From: Candidatus Micrarchaeota archaeon
GTDB lineage: Archaea > Micrarchaeota > Micrarchaeia > Norongarragalinales > Norongarragalinaceae
Direction: 5' to 3'
DNA length: 64,000 bases
Assembly (NCBI GenBank): GCA_016207165.1
Contig: JACQQD010000011.1
Span: 1 to 64,000, forward strand
Positions within the stretch are counted from its first letter, which is position 1; each line of letters starts with the position of its first letter. Positions 1-9,600 of this stretch are shown in pieces. Under the pieces are notes generated by a model. It saw only the letters and a list, made by a program, of their open reading frames with translations. It did not search any database and was not told the DNA's origin. A program made the translations under genes and the position numbers.

Positions 1-130
1 GTTTGAACTCAACCCCACAACTCCCAAGCGTGTCTCAGTCCCCATTTAAACGTTGAGTTGATTCTAAATCAACCCAAAACCCGTGGGTGCAAGCCTTTAA
101 ATTCAAAGGGAGACGTCTTGGCCGGTGAAC

Positions 131-331
131 TCAAGCGCGCCGTTTCCCGCTGGAACGGTAGGCCAAGAAGAGCACCATGCAAAGAACTAATAGACCAACC
201 GCATTGCTTATCATGCCAGGATTATTCGTGATGTTGCCCCAGACCCAAACCCCAATTCCCCCAGCAGCGATGATGCTGAAAACCTTGTATTTGGCCAAAC
301 TGGTAATCGCATCAAACAATTCGTTTCCCAT
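131..331 (-). CDS. small membrane protein, unknown function
   Basis: Short ORF with two hydrophobic segments and a basic C-terminus; start uncertain (331 or 346). Confidence 0.5.
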   Translation of the reverse strand: MGNELFDAITSLAKYKVFSIIAAGGIGVWVWGNITNNPGMISNAVGLLVLCMVLFLAYRSSGKRRA

Positions 332-443
332 GTTTTTCCAGTGCAATACACGACTATTAAAAGTTCCCTTTGGAACTAAAAAGTACCCTAAAGGTAGTCA
401 ATATCTTGAGTGCTGACATAGAATTCCTGCGAGGGAACAACGT

Positions 444-1163
444 GTGATTGACGCAGACCTGAAAATCCGGGAAATCATTCCGGAAACGCACGACGTCAAG
501 ACCCTTCGGCTGGACTTGGAAGGCCAGAACCTGGACTTTCAACCCGGCCAATTCTCGTCCATCCAAGTCGACACGCCGGAAGGAAAACAATTCCGGTCGT
601 TTTCCATCGCGTCCTCTCCATTGGAAAAAGACCACATCGACTTGACCGTCAAGCGGTACGACGACAGTTCCGCCGCGAAAGCGCTTCACGCATTGAACGT
701 GGGCAACTCAATTCACGTAAAGGCACCTTTCGGAAAATTCGTTTTCAGCGAAACCGATGAGAACGTGGCCATGATTGCTGGCGGCAACGGCATCACCGCC
801 TTGATGTCCATGATCCGCTACATCACCGGGAAGAAGTTGCCGATTAAGCCGGCGCTGTTGTTCAGCATCCAGACCGCCCAGGACTTCATTTTCCAAAAAG
901 AACTGGAACAGCTTGACCGCGACGGCAAAATTGGCTTGCACGTGACACTCACACGCGAGGCGCCGGAGGGCTGGAACGGCTTGACCGGCCGGTGCGACGC
1001 CGCCATGATCCGGAAGGCCTTCGGTCCGCTTCAAGAAAAAACGTTTTTCTTGTGCGGGCCACCGGAAATGGTGAAGTCCATGCACGAAATCCTGTTGGGG
1101 TTAGGCGTGCACGAGGAAAATATCCGCATGGAAGAATTCGTGCGGCCAAAGAAAAAAACGTGA
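444..1163 (+). CDS. FAD/NAD(P)-binding ferredoxin-NADP reductase-family oxidoreductase
   Basis: FQPGQF, RSFSIAS, IAGGNGIT and FLCGPPEM motifs of the FNR family. Confidence 0.9.
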   Translation: MIDADLKIREIIPETHDVKTLRLDLEGQNLDFQPGQFSSIQVDTPEGKQFRSFSIASSPLEKDHIDLTVKRYDDSSAAKALHALNVGNSIHVKAPFGKFVFSETDENVAMIAGGNGITALMSMIRYITGKKLPIKPALLFSIQTAQDFIFQKELEQLDRDGKIGLHVTLTREAPEGWNGLTGRCDAAMIRKAFGPLQEKTFFLCGPPEMVKSMHEILLGLGVHEENIRMEEFVRPKKKT

Positions 1164-1171
1164 AAAAAACC

Positions 1172-1649
1172 ATGTACGCCGAACGCCCGAAAAAAGCGTG
1201 GTGGGTCACCGCCATGCTCTTTGTGGCGCTTTTGGCCATGGGCTTGGCCGTGTTCAAGGCATTCGAGTCGCACGCTTCCCGACGGCGTGCAAATGGGTTT
1301 GGGTGCGTTAAGCGTTCTGGTCGCGTACCTCGTATTGGCGTTTTACTTCATGCAATACCGCGTGACAAACTCGGAGGTCGTCGTCTCGTACCCGCCGCTG
1401 TCCTACCGAATCCCCAAAGCCGCCATCACCCGCGTTTCATTCAACCAGACGCCGTTCTGGATGGGCATCGGCGTGCGCATCTGGGGCCACCGCATCGCTT
1501 TTTCCACGCGATACGGGCGCGTGGTAGACATTGAAAAAAATTCGGGATTCTTCCGCCACGTGTGGCTGACACCCAACCACCCCGATGACTTCGCCGAAAA
1601 AGTAAAACATGGAGTGACCCATCATGCCCCGAAAAGCAAGAATTACTGA
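1172..1649 (+). pseudogene. frameshifted membrane protein with bacterial PH-like domain
   Basis: N-terminal TM helix (MYAERPKKAWW...FKAFES) in one frame; second TM helix and PH-like domain (YRVTNSEVVV...WLTPNHPDDF) in the +1 frame; junction near 1265-1275. Confidence 0.6.
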
Positions 1650-1902
1650 AACCCCGTTCCTCTCTTTTGGAAAATGGTCGTTCTACGCCAGGCACCCGCT
1701 TACCGTACTTTTGGAAGTGCTGGCCCTCGTCGCCATGGTCCCCATCTTCTTGGCCGGCATTCTGTTTTTTGCTGTATTCATTGTTTTAGTGGCCTTGATC
1801 CAAGTCCCCGTGCTTTTCGTGGCCTGGCTATTGGGCGACGTAAAAAAAGAGGAGCGCCTGGTTAAAAAAAGAAAAACTCGGAGCAAAAAGGCGAAACCCT
1901 AG
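1624..1902 (+). CDS. small membrane protein
   Basis: Long hydrophobic stretch followed by a Lys-rich tail; abuts neighbouring genes. Confidence 0.55.
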   Translation: MPRKARITETPFLSFGKWSFYARHPLTVLLEVLALVAMVPIFLAGILFFAVFIVLVALIQVPVLFVAWLLGDVKKEERLVKKRKTRSKKAKP

Positions 1903-3005
1903 CGCAGCACCGTGCGAATCAAGGCTTCCAGGGACTCCTTGACGGCCTGTTGCAGGTCCCAGTTCTTGAAGTGCTCTTGGGTGTCCTTGGGATTCATGGC
2001 GTACACGCGGCCTTTTACGGTCAAGCGGCTGGATACGAGGTACTCGCGTTTCTTGCCTTCACGGTGTTTGGATTTGATGGAAACCACGAGTTCGTCGTCG
2101 GGTTGCAAGTCCACGCGAGCCTCCAGCTTGTCCCAGTACTTGGCCGCCAAAGATTCCAGCGACGCCTTGAAAATGTGCTCCTCCCCCGTCAAGCCCAGAA
2201 AGCGGATGTTGGCTTTTTCCGGCACCACGCACGCGTTGAACAAGTCCCGTTGCGTCAAAATGCCGGAGAGCGTTTCCCCGGACTGAACCACGAGACTGGA
2301 AAAATTCCGCTTGGACAGAAGCTCGACGGCTTCCATGACGGGCAAGTCAGGGGACACCGACAAAACCGGCGAAGACATGACGCTTTGGACGGGTTCCTCG
2401 TCCACTCTGATACTGGGCGTCGGGAAGTAAAAGTATTGGCGTCGGGCGTCCTTGGGATCGGCTTGCACGCGCGTGGCCAAGTCAAACGCCGACAACACGC
2501 CCACGGGCCTCTTTTTGGAGTCGACGACGACCAACCGGAAGACGTGCTCTTCCTTCATCGCGTGGCGGGCCTGCGCGATGGTCGCGGACTCCGGCACGGA
2601 AACGGGGTCCTTGGACATCAAATCCGAGACTTTTTTGCCGTGAAGATGCGGGGACTGGCGCAACAACGACAAGGCCTTCCAGCGCGGCACCACGCCGACC
2701 ACGCGGTCGTTTTTGTCCAAGACCGGCAACACTTTGTGCCGCGTGGCCAAGAGCTTTCGAACGATTTCCTCATCGGATTCGTCCTCCGACAAGGTCGGCG
2801 GGTGAACCACGACGGTCTTGGCCTTGGTCTTGGACGGATCCGAGAAAAAGTCGCGCAGCACGCGGCTGTCGACCACGCCGGCATACGTTTTTCCATCCAA
2901 CACCACGAAATAGTCGTCTTTTCGCTTTTGCAGTTGCCCAAACGCCTTGCTCAGGGAGTCATTGGCGTCCACGGTCAACGGCTCCTCTAAAAGAGATTCA
3001 TTCAT
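1899..3005 (-). CDS. four-CBS-domain protein with C-terminal HPF/RaiA-like domain
   Basis: Repeated CBS motifs (LPVLD..RVVGVV, LVVVDS..PVGVLS..DL, GILTQRDL); C-terminal ...YLVSSRLTV...WDLQQAVKESLEAL. Confidence 0.8.
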   Translation of the reverse strand: MNESLLEEPLTVDANDSLSKAFGQLQKRKDDYFVVLDGKTYAGVVDSRVLRDFFSDPSKTKAKTVVVHPPTLSEDESDEEIVRKLLATRHKVLPVLDKNDRVVGVVPRWKALSLLRQSPHLHGKKVSDLMSKDPVSVPESATIAQARHAMKEEHVFRLVVVDSKKRPVGVLSAFDLATRVQADPKDARRQYFYFPTPSIRVDEEPVQSVMSSPVLSVSPDLPVMEAVELLSKRNFSSLVVQSGETLSGILTQRDLFNACVVPEKANIRFLGLTGEEHIFKASLESLAAKYWDKLEARVDLQPDDELVVSIKSKHREGKKREYLVSSRLTVKGRVYAMNPKDTQEHFKNWDLQQAVKESLEALIRTVLR

Positions 3006-3012
3006 GAAACGG

Positions 3013-3747
3013 TCACCTCAAGACTACGAAGCGGGTATCATCTGCGAACCGCCGAAATACGATTTTTCCACCGCTACGTACAATAAGCTTTCGGGGCGCA
3101 TTGTCCGCCAACACCCAACCCGTACCCCGCGTGACCCGGATTTGAATGGGTGAAAACGTTTCCGGCAAGAAAACGGGTTTCAGTGGAGTTACGGGGTTGT
3201 TGAACGCCAAACCGAACCCCTTGGAAAAGGCTTTCCGCGCCAAAGTCTGAAAATACCCCGTGGCGCCAAACGGAGTCGCCAGAAGCACGCCGTCGCCAAG
3301 GACATCCTTGGCCACCGGCTGGTTTCCAAGTAAAACGTCAAACCGGATAGCGGTTCGCGGGTCGGCGTTGTGCAACTGCACCTCGTTGAGGCCCACCAAG
3401 CGTTGCCTTCCGACCACCACCTCCACCTTGGGATGCGTTACAATCCGGTAGTTACCAGAGCACACCGCGTCCAATCCCGCCTCCAAACACGAAAAGCACA
3501 TGAGCTCGTGCGCGTGTTTTCCCGCGAACCGGATTTCGCACGTGTTGCACCGCTTGGAATTGCGGACACCCAACTTCGGCACTCCCGGAAACAAGTATTC
3601 CGAAAGAAGGATGGTGCCGTCACCGCCAAACGCCACCACCATGTCCGGATTCCTGGAAACCACGGAGAGCCTGCGGGCCTTCAAGAGTTTGGCCGCACGC
3701 TTTTTATCCTTGGATACAATGGCAAACGTCCGAGGCTTTTTCGGCAT
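3013..3747 (-). CDS. nadK: NAD(+) kinase
   Basis: GGDGT, LNE and GDGVLLATPFGATGY motifs. Confidence 0.9.
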   Translation of the reverse strand: MPKKPRTFAIVSKDKKRAAKLLKARRLSVVSRNPDMVVAFGGDGTILLSEYLFPGVPKLGVRNSKRCNTCEIRFAGKHAHELMCFSCLEAGLDAVCSGNYRIVTHPKVEVVVGRQRLVGLNEVQLHNADPRTAIRFDVLLGNQPVAKDVLGDGVLLATPFGATGYFQTLARKAFSKGFGLAFNNPVTPLKPVFLPETFSPIQIRVTRGTGWVLADNAPRKLIVRSGGKIVFRRFADDTRFVVLR

Positions 3748-3784
3748 CAAGAAAAATGGGAAGGCGGCATTTAAATCCGGGCCA

Positions 3785-4846
3785 CTAACGCGTGATCTTC
3801 GCGTCTTGGTATACCTTCAACAAGTCCCTCTTCTTTTCGAAGTGCTCGCGGACGGGTGCGACCAAGCGGTTCACGTGCAACGCCATGGCGTTTTTCAGAT
3901 CCGCAGGGTGCAGCTTGCCTTGGCTGAAGTCCGCCTCCAGATGGGCAAACGATTCATACCACACGTCGCCCCCGAATTTCTGGGGGCGTTCCACACGCAA
4001 GCTACCAATAGCTGGAAACACGAGGTACTTGGCCCAGTCCAACACGGGATTTGAGTCCACCACTTTCTCCGGACAGAACGCCTTCTTGAACTTGGACTGG
4101 ATTTCGCCTTCCGAATCATGGATGAACACGGCGGAATCCGGCCTGGACTTTGACATTTTCTGTTGGATGACGCGCTCCTCCACGTCCTCCGTCTTCGGCG
4201 GCTCCGTAAGGGACGGAAGCAAGTGGTGGTGGATGGCCACCGGAGGAACCCAACCCATTTTGGGGTAAATCTCGCGCGCCAACACGTGGATTTTGCGTTG
4301 GTCCATGCCCGCGTGAGCGACGTCGGCGCCCAGTTCGTGGATGTCCACGCCCTGCATGGACGGGTAAAAGAATTGCGACACGTGAAGCGTTTCCTTCTCG
4401 GACCGGCCCATGATGGTGAGGCACCGCGTGGCCCGCGCCAACGTCACGTGGTTGGAGAACTCCAGGACTTTCTTCCAGAACTCGTCGTTGGACTTGTACA
4501 ACTGCGAGCCGTGAACAATCTTGACGCCGGGGCAGAAGAACTTGAAGGCCTCCTCGTAGTACTTGGACGCCAACTGGATTTTCTCCCAGTCGCCCTCCAT
4601 CTTGCGGTTGATGTAGGAATGCCAGTCCGCGAGGTATACCTGGCACTTGACGCCGGCTTTCAGTAAATTGTTTATGACCAAGCCGTTGGCCAAAAGCGAG
4701 CCCACGTGAAGCAAACCCGAAATTTCCAAACCCAAGTAGTGGCCGGGGTGCGCCTTGGTTTCAAACAACGCCTTCAATTCGTCGGGCATGAGCACTTCCT
4801 CGACCGGCAGCGCGGTAGCCAAATCCATCTTTGTTTGGACGTCCAT
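3785..4846 (-). CDS. tyrS: tyrosyl-tRNA synthetase (archaeal type)
   Basis: YLGLEISG.LHVG (HIGH), YPSMQGVD, GMDQRK, KMSKS. Confidence 0.95.
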   Translation of the reverse strand: MDVQTKMDLATALPVEEVLMPDELKALFETKAHPGHYLGLEISGLLHVGSLLANGLVINNLLKAGVKCQVYLADWHSYINRKMEGDWEKIQLASKYYEEAFKFFCPGVKIVHGSQLYKSNDEFWKKVLEFSNHVTLARATRCLTIMGRSEKETLHVSQFFYPSMQGVDIHELGADVAHAGMDQRKIHVLAREIYPKMGWVPPVAIHHHLLPSLTEPPKTEDVEERVIQQKMSKSRPDSAVFIHDSEGEIQSKFKKAFCPEKVVDSNPVLDWAKYLVFPAIGSLRVERPQKFGGDVWYESFAHLEADFSQGKLHPADLKNAMALHVNRLVAPVREHFEKKRDLLKVYQDAKITR

Positions 4847-4903
4847 ATACCGGTGAAGATGGGGGGACTTGATTTAAAAGCCCTCGGCCGCCCAAAGCGT
4901 TGC

Positions 4904-5281
4904 GTGATCCAAATCAAGCGGCAAGCCCTTCTTTCCGCATTGCAAGGCGCCAAGGAACTGTACCCCGACGAGTTCATCGCGCTTTTCCGCGGGGAAGAGC
5001 AACGCGGCCATCTGGTGCTCACCGAACTGATCATTCCCCCGTTTGCCCACGGCGACGAGGACTCCTCCTCGTACTCGCCGTACTTCATTCCCGCCAACTC
5101 CTCCGAAAAAGCGTCCTTCCATTCCCATCCCGACCCCGACACGGCCTACCCGTCCGACGAGGACCTCTATTATTTCTCGCACTCCGGAGGCTTCCACTTT
5201 ATCGCCTGCCACCCGTTTGAATTAAAGGACGTCAACGGCTTTGACGCGCTTGGAAAACAAGTTGCCTTCGAAGTCATCTAA
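4904..5281 (+). CDS. JAB/MPN (Mov34) domain metalloprotease
   Basis: YPDE, FHSHP...PSDED JAMM motif; GTG start inferred. Confidence 0.85.
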   Translation: MIQIKRQALLSALQGAKELYPDEFIALFRGEEQRGHLVLTELIIPPFAHGDEDSSSYSPYFIPANSSEKASFHSHPDPDTAYPSDEDLYYFSHSGGFHFIACHPFELKDVNGFDALGKQVAFEVI

Positions 5282-5327
5282 ACGATTAAATGCGTGACGC
5301 CCCACACGCCCACACAGGGAAAACAAA

Positions 5328-6524
5328 ATGCGCACAGCGAAACGCTTGGAAGGCATGAAGTACGCCGTCCGGGACGTGGTTGTAGAAGCCGACAAACTCG
5401 AAAAAAAGGGTCACGAAATCCTGAAACTCAACATCGGCGACCCCAACGCCTACGACTTGGACACCCCCCAATACATCAAGGACGCCTTGTTTGAAGCCGT
5501 AAAAAGCGGAAAAAACGGGTACTCCAATTCCGAAGGCTACGCCCCGCTTCGGCAAGCCGTGGCGGAAAAAAACAAATCCAAAGGCATTGACTGCACACCT
5601 GAACAAGTCATCGTCACCTCCGGGTTAAGCGAGGCCGTGCACATGCTTTTCGGCGCATTGGTGGAGCAAGGAGACAACGTCATTCTCCCATCCCCCTCCT
5701 ACCCGCTCTACGACGCGTTCACCAACTACTACGGCGGCGAGTTTCGCCTAGCAGAACTTGACGAATCCAAGGATTTCGCGCCCAATGTCGACGCCATCCG
5801 AAAACAAGTGGACGAAAACACCCGCGCCATCGTCGTAATCAACCCCAACAACCCCACCGGCGCCATGTACCCCGAATCCGTGCTCAAAGAAGTCGTCAAC
5901 CTGGCGGGCGAATACGGCGTGCCGATCTTGGCCGACGAAATCTACGACGAGCTCACATACGGCAAGCCATTCACTTCCCTGGGTGCGTTAAGCTCCGACG
6001 TGCCCGTGGTAGTCATGAACGGCTTAAGCAAGAACTACTTGGCTCCCGGCTGGCGCGTGGGTTGGATTACGTTCAAGAACTTTCCCGACGACAACTTCCA
6101 AGAAGGAGTCATGAAGCTGGCGCGCGTGCGGCTTTCCCCGTCCTATCCAGCACAAGTGGCGGCCACCAAAGCCATTTCCGACCAAAACGCGTACGAAGCC
6201 GCCAAAAAAGAATTCATCCCCAAACTCAAAGCCCGCCGCGACCTCACGCACAAGCGCTTGAACGAAATACTGGGCTTGTCCTGCGTCAAGCCCGAAGGCG
6301 CCTTCTACGCATTCCCCAAAATCCACGCCGGTCCCTGGAACTCCGACAAAGACTTCGTCTTGCAACTCTTGCACGAGCAAAAAGTACTCACCGTCTTTGG
6401 GGAGGGATTCGCGCAACCCCAAGGAACCAAACACTTCCGCATCGTCTTTCTTCCACCCGAAAACGTCCTGGAGGAAAGCTTTAACCGCATCGAATCATTC
6501 ATGAAAAAACACGTGAAAAGGTGA
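5328..6524 (+). CDS. class I/II PLP-dependent aminotransferase (alanine/aspartate type)
   Basis: KLNIGDP, INPNNPTG, ADEIY, GLSKNYLAPGWRVG. Confidence 0.92.
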   Translation: MRTAKRLEGMKYAVRDVVVEADKLEKKGHEILKLNIGDPNAYDLDTPQYIKDALFEAVKSGKNGYSNSEGYAPLRQAVAEKNKSKGIDCTPEQVIVTSGLSEAVHMLFGALVEQGDNVILPSPSYPLYDAFTNYYGGEFRLAELDESKDFAPNVDAIRKQVDENTRAIVVINPNNPTGAMYPESVLKEVVNLAGEYGVPILADEIYDELTYGKPFTSLGALSSDVPVVVMNGLSKNYLAPGWRVGWITFKNFPDDNFQEGVMKLARVRLSPSYPAQVAATKAISDQNAYEAAKKEFIPKLKARRDLTHKRLNEILGLSCVKPEGAFYAFPKIHAGPWNSDKDFVLQLLHEQKVLTVFGEGFAQPQGTKHFRIVFLPPENVLEESFNRIESFMKKHVKR

Positions 6525-6534
6525 ACCGCCCATA

Positions 6535-6894
6535 ATGCATCAAGAGCTTTGGATCGAAAAAAAAGGAGTACATGAATTGAACACCGACCACCCCGAAGCC
6601 CGACATGAATTGATCAAAGCCGCCACGTTTGACCCAAGGCAAACCCCGGAAACCGATCCGCGAATCATCGTTTACTTGAAAGGCAGCCGGCAAGCCAGCA
6701 TCATTCTAAACCGCACACGCGGAGAAAGAGCGGAGTTCCAAGTCAAACGGGGTTCCGAAGTAGACGGAGACGAACAAATCGAAATCTTTAGGGCGGTTGA
6801 AGGATGGTTTGAACCCCACGCTGAAAAACATCCCCATTTCGCCCAATCCATCCAGTTGGCCCGCGAATACTACGAAAAACAATTCAGGAAGTGA
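6535..6894 (+). CDS. hypothetical protein
   Basis: ORF fills the gap between genes; no recognisable motif. Confidence 0.55.
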   Translation: MHQELWIEKKGVHELNTDHPEARHELIKAATFDPRQTPETDPRIIVYLKGSRQASIILNRTRGERAEFQVKRGSEVDGDEQIEIFRAVEGWFEPHAEKHPHFAQSIQLAREYYEKQFRK

Positions 6895-6898
6895 AACC

Positions 6899-7372
6899 GT
6901 GAAACCCAAAGAACCCCTGCCGCAACGCCGCGGGCTTTTGCCCCTGACTCAACACGAAAAAGCGCGATACGAAGAAGAGGAGGGGCTACCCACACCAGCC
7001 CTGAAACACGCGTCCGGATCCGACGACGCCATCTTGGAAATCGAATGGCTTTCAAACCAAGACGAACCCCACATCTACGCCAAAATCCGGTCACCGGAAG
7101 GAAACGTGCACGCGTACCACTTCAACCGGCAAGTCGTCCACGCCGAACAAGGCCCAAGAAACCGTACCCCGTTCTTGCAGGTCAGACCCTTCGGCTCCAC
7201 GAACCCGTCCCGCGAAGAAATCCGTCACGCCATCCGAGCCGTCTCAAAAGCATTTCAAGAAGCCAAACAAAACGCACCAAAATGGCCGACGGACGTTAAC
7301 GCCGAAGAACTCGCTGCCGTCGCCAAAGCCATGAAAAACCTCGAAAGAGTCCACGCCCAAAGACCCAAGTGA
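6899..7372 (+). CDS. hypothetical protein
   Basis: ORF fills the gap before the malic enzyme; GTG start inferred. Confidence 0.55.
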   Translation: MKPKEPLPQRRGLLPLTQHEKARYEEEEGLPTPALKHASGSDDAILEIEWLSNQDEPHIYAKIRSPEGNVHAYHFNRQVVHAEQGPRNRTPFLQVRPFGSTNPSREEIRHAIRAVSKAFQEAKQNAPKWPTDVNAEELAAVAKAMKNLERVHAQRPK

Positions 7373-7382
7373 ACCCAAAGGC

Positions 7383-8579
7383 ATGAACGCCAAAAAAGAC
7401 TACTACAAAGCCTCCATGGACATGCACCAAAAGTTCCACGGCAAACTCTCCACCGAATCCAAAGTCCCGCTTTTGACGCGCGATGACTTGAGTACCGCGT
7501 ACACGCCGGGCGTGGCGGAACCCTGCCGCGCCATCGCCAAAAACCCAGAACTTGCCTTTGAATTGACCATCCGGGCCAACACCATCGCGGTGGTGTCCGA
7601 CGGCTCCGCGGTTTTGGGCTTGGGCAACATCGGCGGCCAGGCGGCCTTGCCGGTCATGGAAGGAAAGGCCTTGTTGTTCAAGGAATTCGGAGGCGTCAAC
7701 GCGTTTCCCATCTGCGTTCGCACCCAAGACCCCAAAAAAATCGCGGACATCGTCATGCAAATCGCGCCGAACTTCGGCGGCATCAACCTGGAAGACATCG
7801 CGTCTCCCAACTGTTTTGAAGTTGAACGAATCCTCAAGGAAAACCTGGACATCCCCGTTTTCCACGACGACCAGCACGGCACCGCCATCGTGGTTCTAGC
7901 CGCGCTCATGAACGCCTCGAAAGTCGTCAGCAAACCCTTGGGCGAAATGAACGTCGCCTTCAGCGGAGCCGGAGCCGCGGGCCTGGCCGTATCCAAATTT
8001 TTGTTGGGTGAAGGCCGAAAAAGCGACGAATTCGCGGCCAACGACATCGTTTTGTGCGACTCCAAAGGCATCGTTTCTTCCAATAGAACCGACTTGAATT
8101 GGGCCAAAAAGGAAATCGCGAAAGTCACCAACCAAACCAACAAGACCGGCTCCATGATCAACGCCTTCAAAGGCGCCGACGTATTCATCGGCGTGTCCGT
8201 AGCTGGAACCGTCTCCAAAGACATGGTCCGCCAAATGAATTCGGATGCCATCGTTTTGGCCATGGCCAACCCCGAACCCGAAATCTGGCCCGATGACGCG
8301 AAAGCCGCGGGAGCCCGAATCGTTGGCACCGGACGCTCCGATCTTCCAAACCAAATCAACAACGTGCTCGCGTTTCCCGGCGTCCTACGCGGGGCGCTTG
8401 ACGCGAAAGCCACGCAAATCAACGAGGAAATGAAGCTGGCCGCCGCGAAAGCCATCGCGTCCTGCATCCCGAATCCCTCGGAAAACCAAATCGTGCCGGA
8501 TCCCTTGGACCGAACCGTTGGAAAGAAGGTCGCGCACGCCGTCGCCGACGCCGCCAGGAAAACCGGCGTGACGCGATAA
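7383..8579 (+). CDS. NAD(P)-dependent malic enzyme
   Basis: AYTPGVA, VMEGKA, INLEDI, FHDDQHGT, GAGAAG, ANPEPEI, NQINNVLAFPG. Confidence 0.95.
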   Translation: MNAKKDYYKASMDMHQKFHGKLSTESKVPLLTRDDLSTAYTPGVAEPCRAIAKNPELAFELTIRANTIAVVSDGSAVLGLGNIGGQAALPVMEGKALLFKEFGGVNAFPICVRTQDPKKIADIVMQIAPNFGGINLEDIASPNCFEVERILKENLDIPVFHDDQHGTAIVVLAALMNASKVVSKPLGEMNVAFSGAGAAGLAVSKFLLGEGRKSDEFAANDIVLCDSKGIVSSNRTDLNWAKKEIAKVTNQTNKTGSMINAFKGADVFIGVSVAGTVSKDMVRQMNSDAIVLAMANPEPEIWPDDAKAAGARIVGTGRSDLPNQINNVLAFPGVLRGALDAKATQINEEMKLAAAKAIASCIPNPSENQIVPDPLDRTVGKKVAHAVADAARKTGVTR

Positions 8580-8585
8580 CCAAAA

Positions 8586-9065
8586 CTAAAGCGGCTTGAC
8601 GTACAGCAGAATCTCCTTCCCCCAAAGCTTTTGCTGGAGTTTGCCGTGTTTCTTGAAGCCGGCCCGCTGATACAAAAAAATCGCCTTTGAGTTGGATTCC
8701 TCCACCAAGATCACGGCCTGCCCGCACGACTTTTTGGCCTCGTGCAAGACGGCGTCCAACAATTTTTTGCCAAAGCCTTTGCCTTGAAGCGATTCGTCCA
8801 CGCACAAACCCAAAATCTTCACGCTTTTTCCTTCAATCGCCGGAGAGTCGGTCTGGTGGCGGGCGGGCGACGCGTCGTAGTATTCAAAGTCGACAAAGCC
8901 CAAAAGCGTGGCGTCTTTCTCCAGCACGAAGTACTGAACCCCGGACTTTATGCGGTCGTAAATGGCGTCGGCCGACAAGTGGATGTAAGGGAAAAAGCGT
9001 TTCGACAGCGCCGCCAACGCCACGCAGTCCGACCCCATGCCGGGCCGAATCAGGACGTCTTCCAA
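8586..9065 (-). CDS. GNAT-family N-acetyltransferase
   Basis: LCVDESLQGKGFGKKLL and NSKAIFLYQRAGF motifs; start inferred. Confidence 0.85.
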   Translation of the reverse strand: MEDVLIRPGMGSDCVALAALSKRFFPYIHLSADAIYDRIKSGVQYFVLEKDATLLGFVDFEYYDASPARHQTDSPAIEGKSVKILGLCVDESLQGKGFGKKLLDAVLHEAKKSCGQAVILVEESNSKAIFLYQRAGFKKHGKLQQKLWGKEILLYVKPL

Positions 9066-9589
9066 TCCGATCCCGCCGCAAAATCCGATTCGAACACGTC
9101 TAAAAACCGTTGCGCCACCGCCGAATCCTGGATGAGCACGGCCGCCTCGCGGTTGAGTTTCATGGCGTGACGCGACCAATTCGTGGAACCCACGAAAACC
9201 TGGACTCCGTCCACCACCATGAATTTGGCGTGCGTGGACGCAAAATCGCGGGACGCCCACCGCACCGCCACGCCGGACAACGCCAGTTTTTCCGCGGTGA
9301 ACAAATTGGACTCGATCTGCGGATCCAAAACGACGCGAACCATGGCTCCCCGATTGGACGCGTCAATAAGGGCGTCCAAAAGAGGCGCGTACGAAAACTG
9401 GTAAAGCTGGACGTTCACGGAATGGCGTGCCGAAGCAATCAACCCCAACAAAACGGGTTCGGAGGCTTCCGGGGAAAAAACGGGCTGCACCAGGGCGGAA
9501 TCCACGGCAACCGGGGACAAAAATCCGTGCACGAAAAAACCGGCGGCAAATGCGGCGGCCGCCAGAACCAGGAAAAACGCGTCCCGCAA
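9050..9589 (-). CDS. exported phospholipase D/Nuc-like protein (single HKD)
   Basis: N-terminal signal/TM helix; HAKFMVVDG...GSTNWS...NRE. Confidence 0.88.
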   Translation of the reverse strand: MRDAFFLVLAAAAFAAGFFVHGFLSPVAVDSALVQPVFSPEASEPVLLGLIASARHSVNVQLYQFSYAPLLDALIDASNRGAMVRVVLDPQIESNLFTAEKLALSGVAVRWASRDFASTHAKFMVVDGVQVFVGSTNWSRHAMKLNREAAVLIQDSAVAQRFLDVFESDFAAGSDWKTS

Positions 9590-9600
9590 ACAAAACCGCC

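Noticed and set aside
30-80. GTCTCAGTCCCC... resembling the start of a CRISPR repeat
   Set aside because: Single copy, no spacer periodicity, no cas genes in the window
7403-8467. Long antisense ORFs (also 1950-2990, 45656-46735, 51072-52181, 56525-57610, 57680-58738)
   Set aside because: Shadows of well-supported genes on the opposite strand; no motifs
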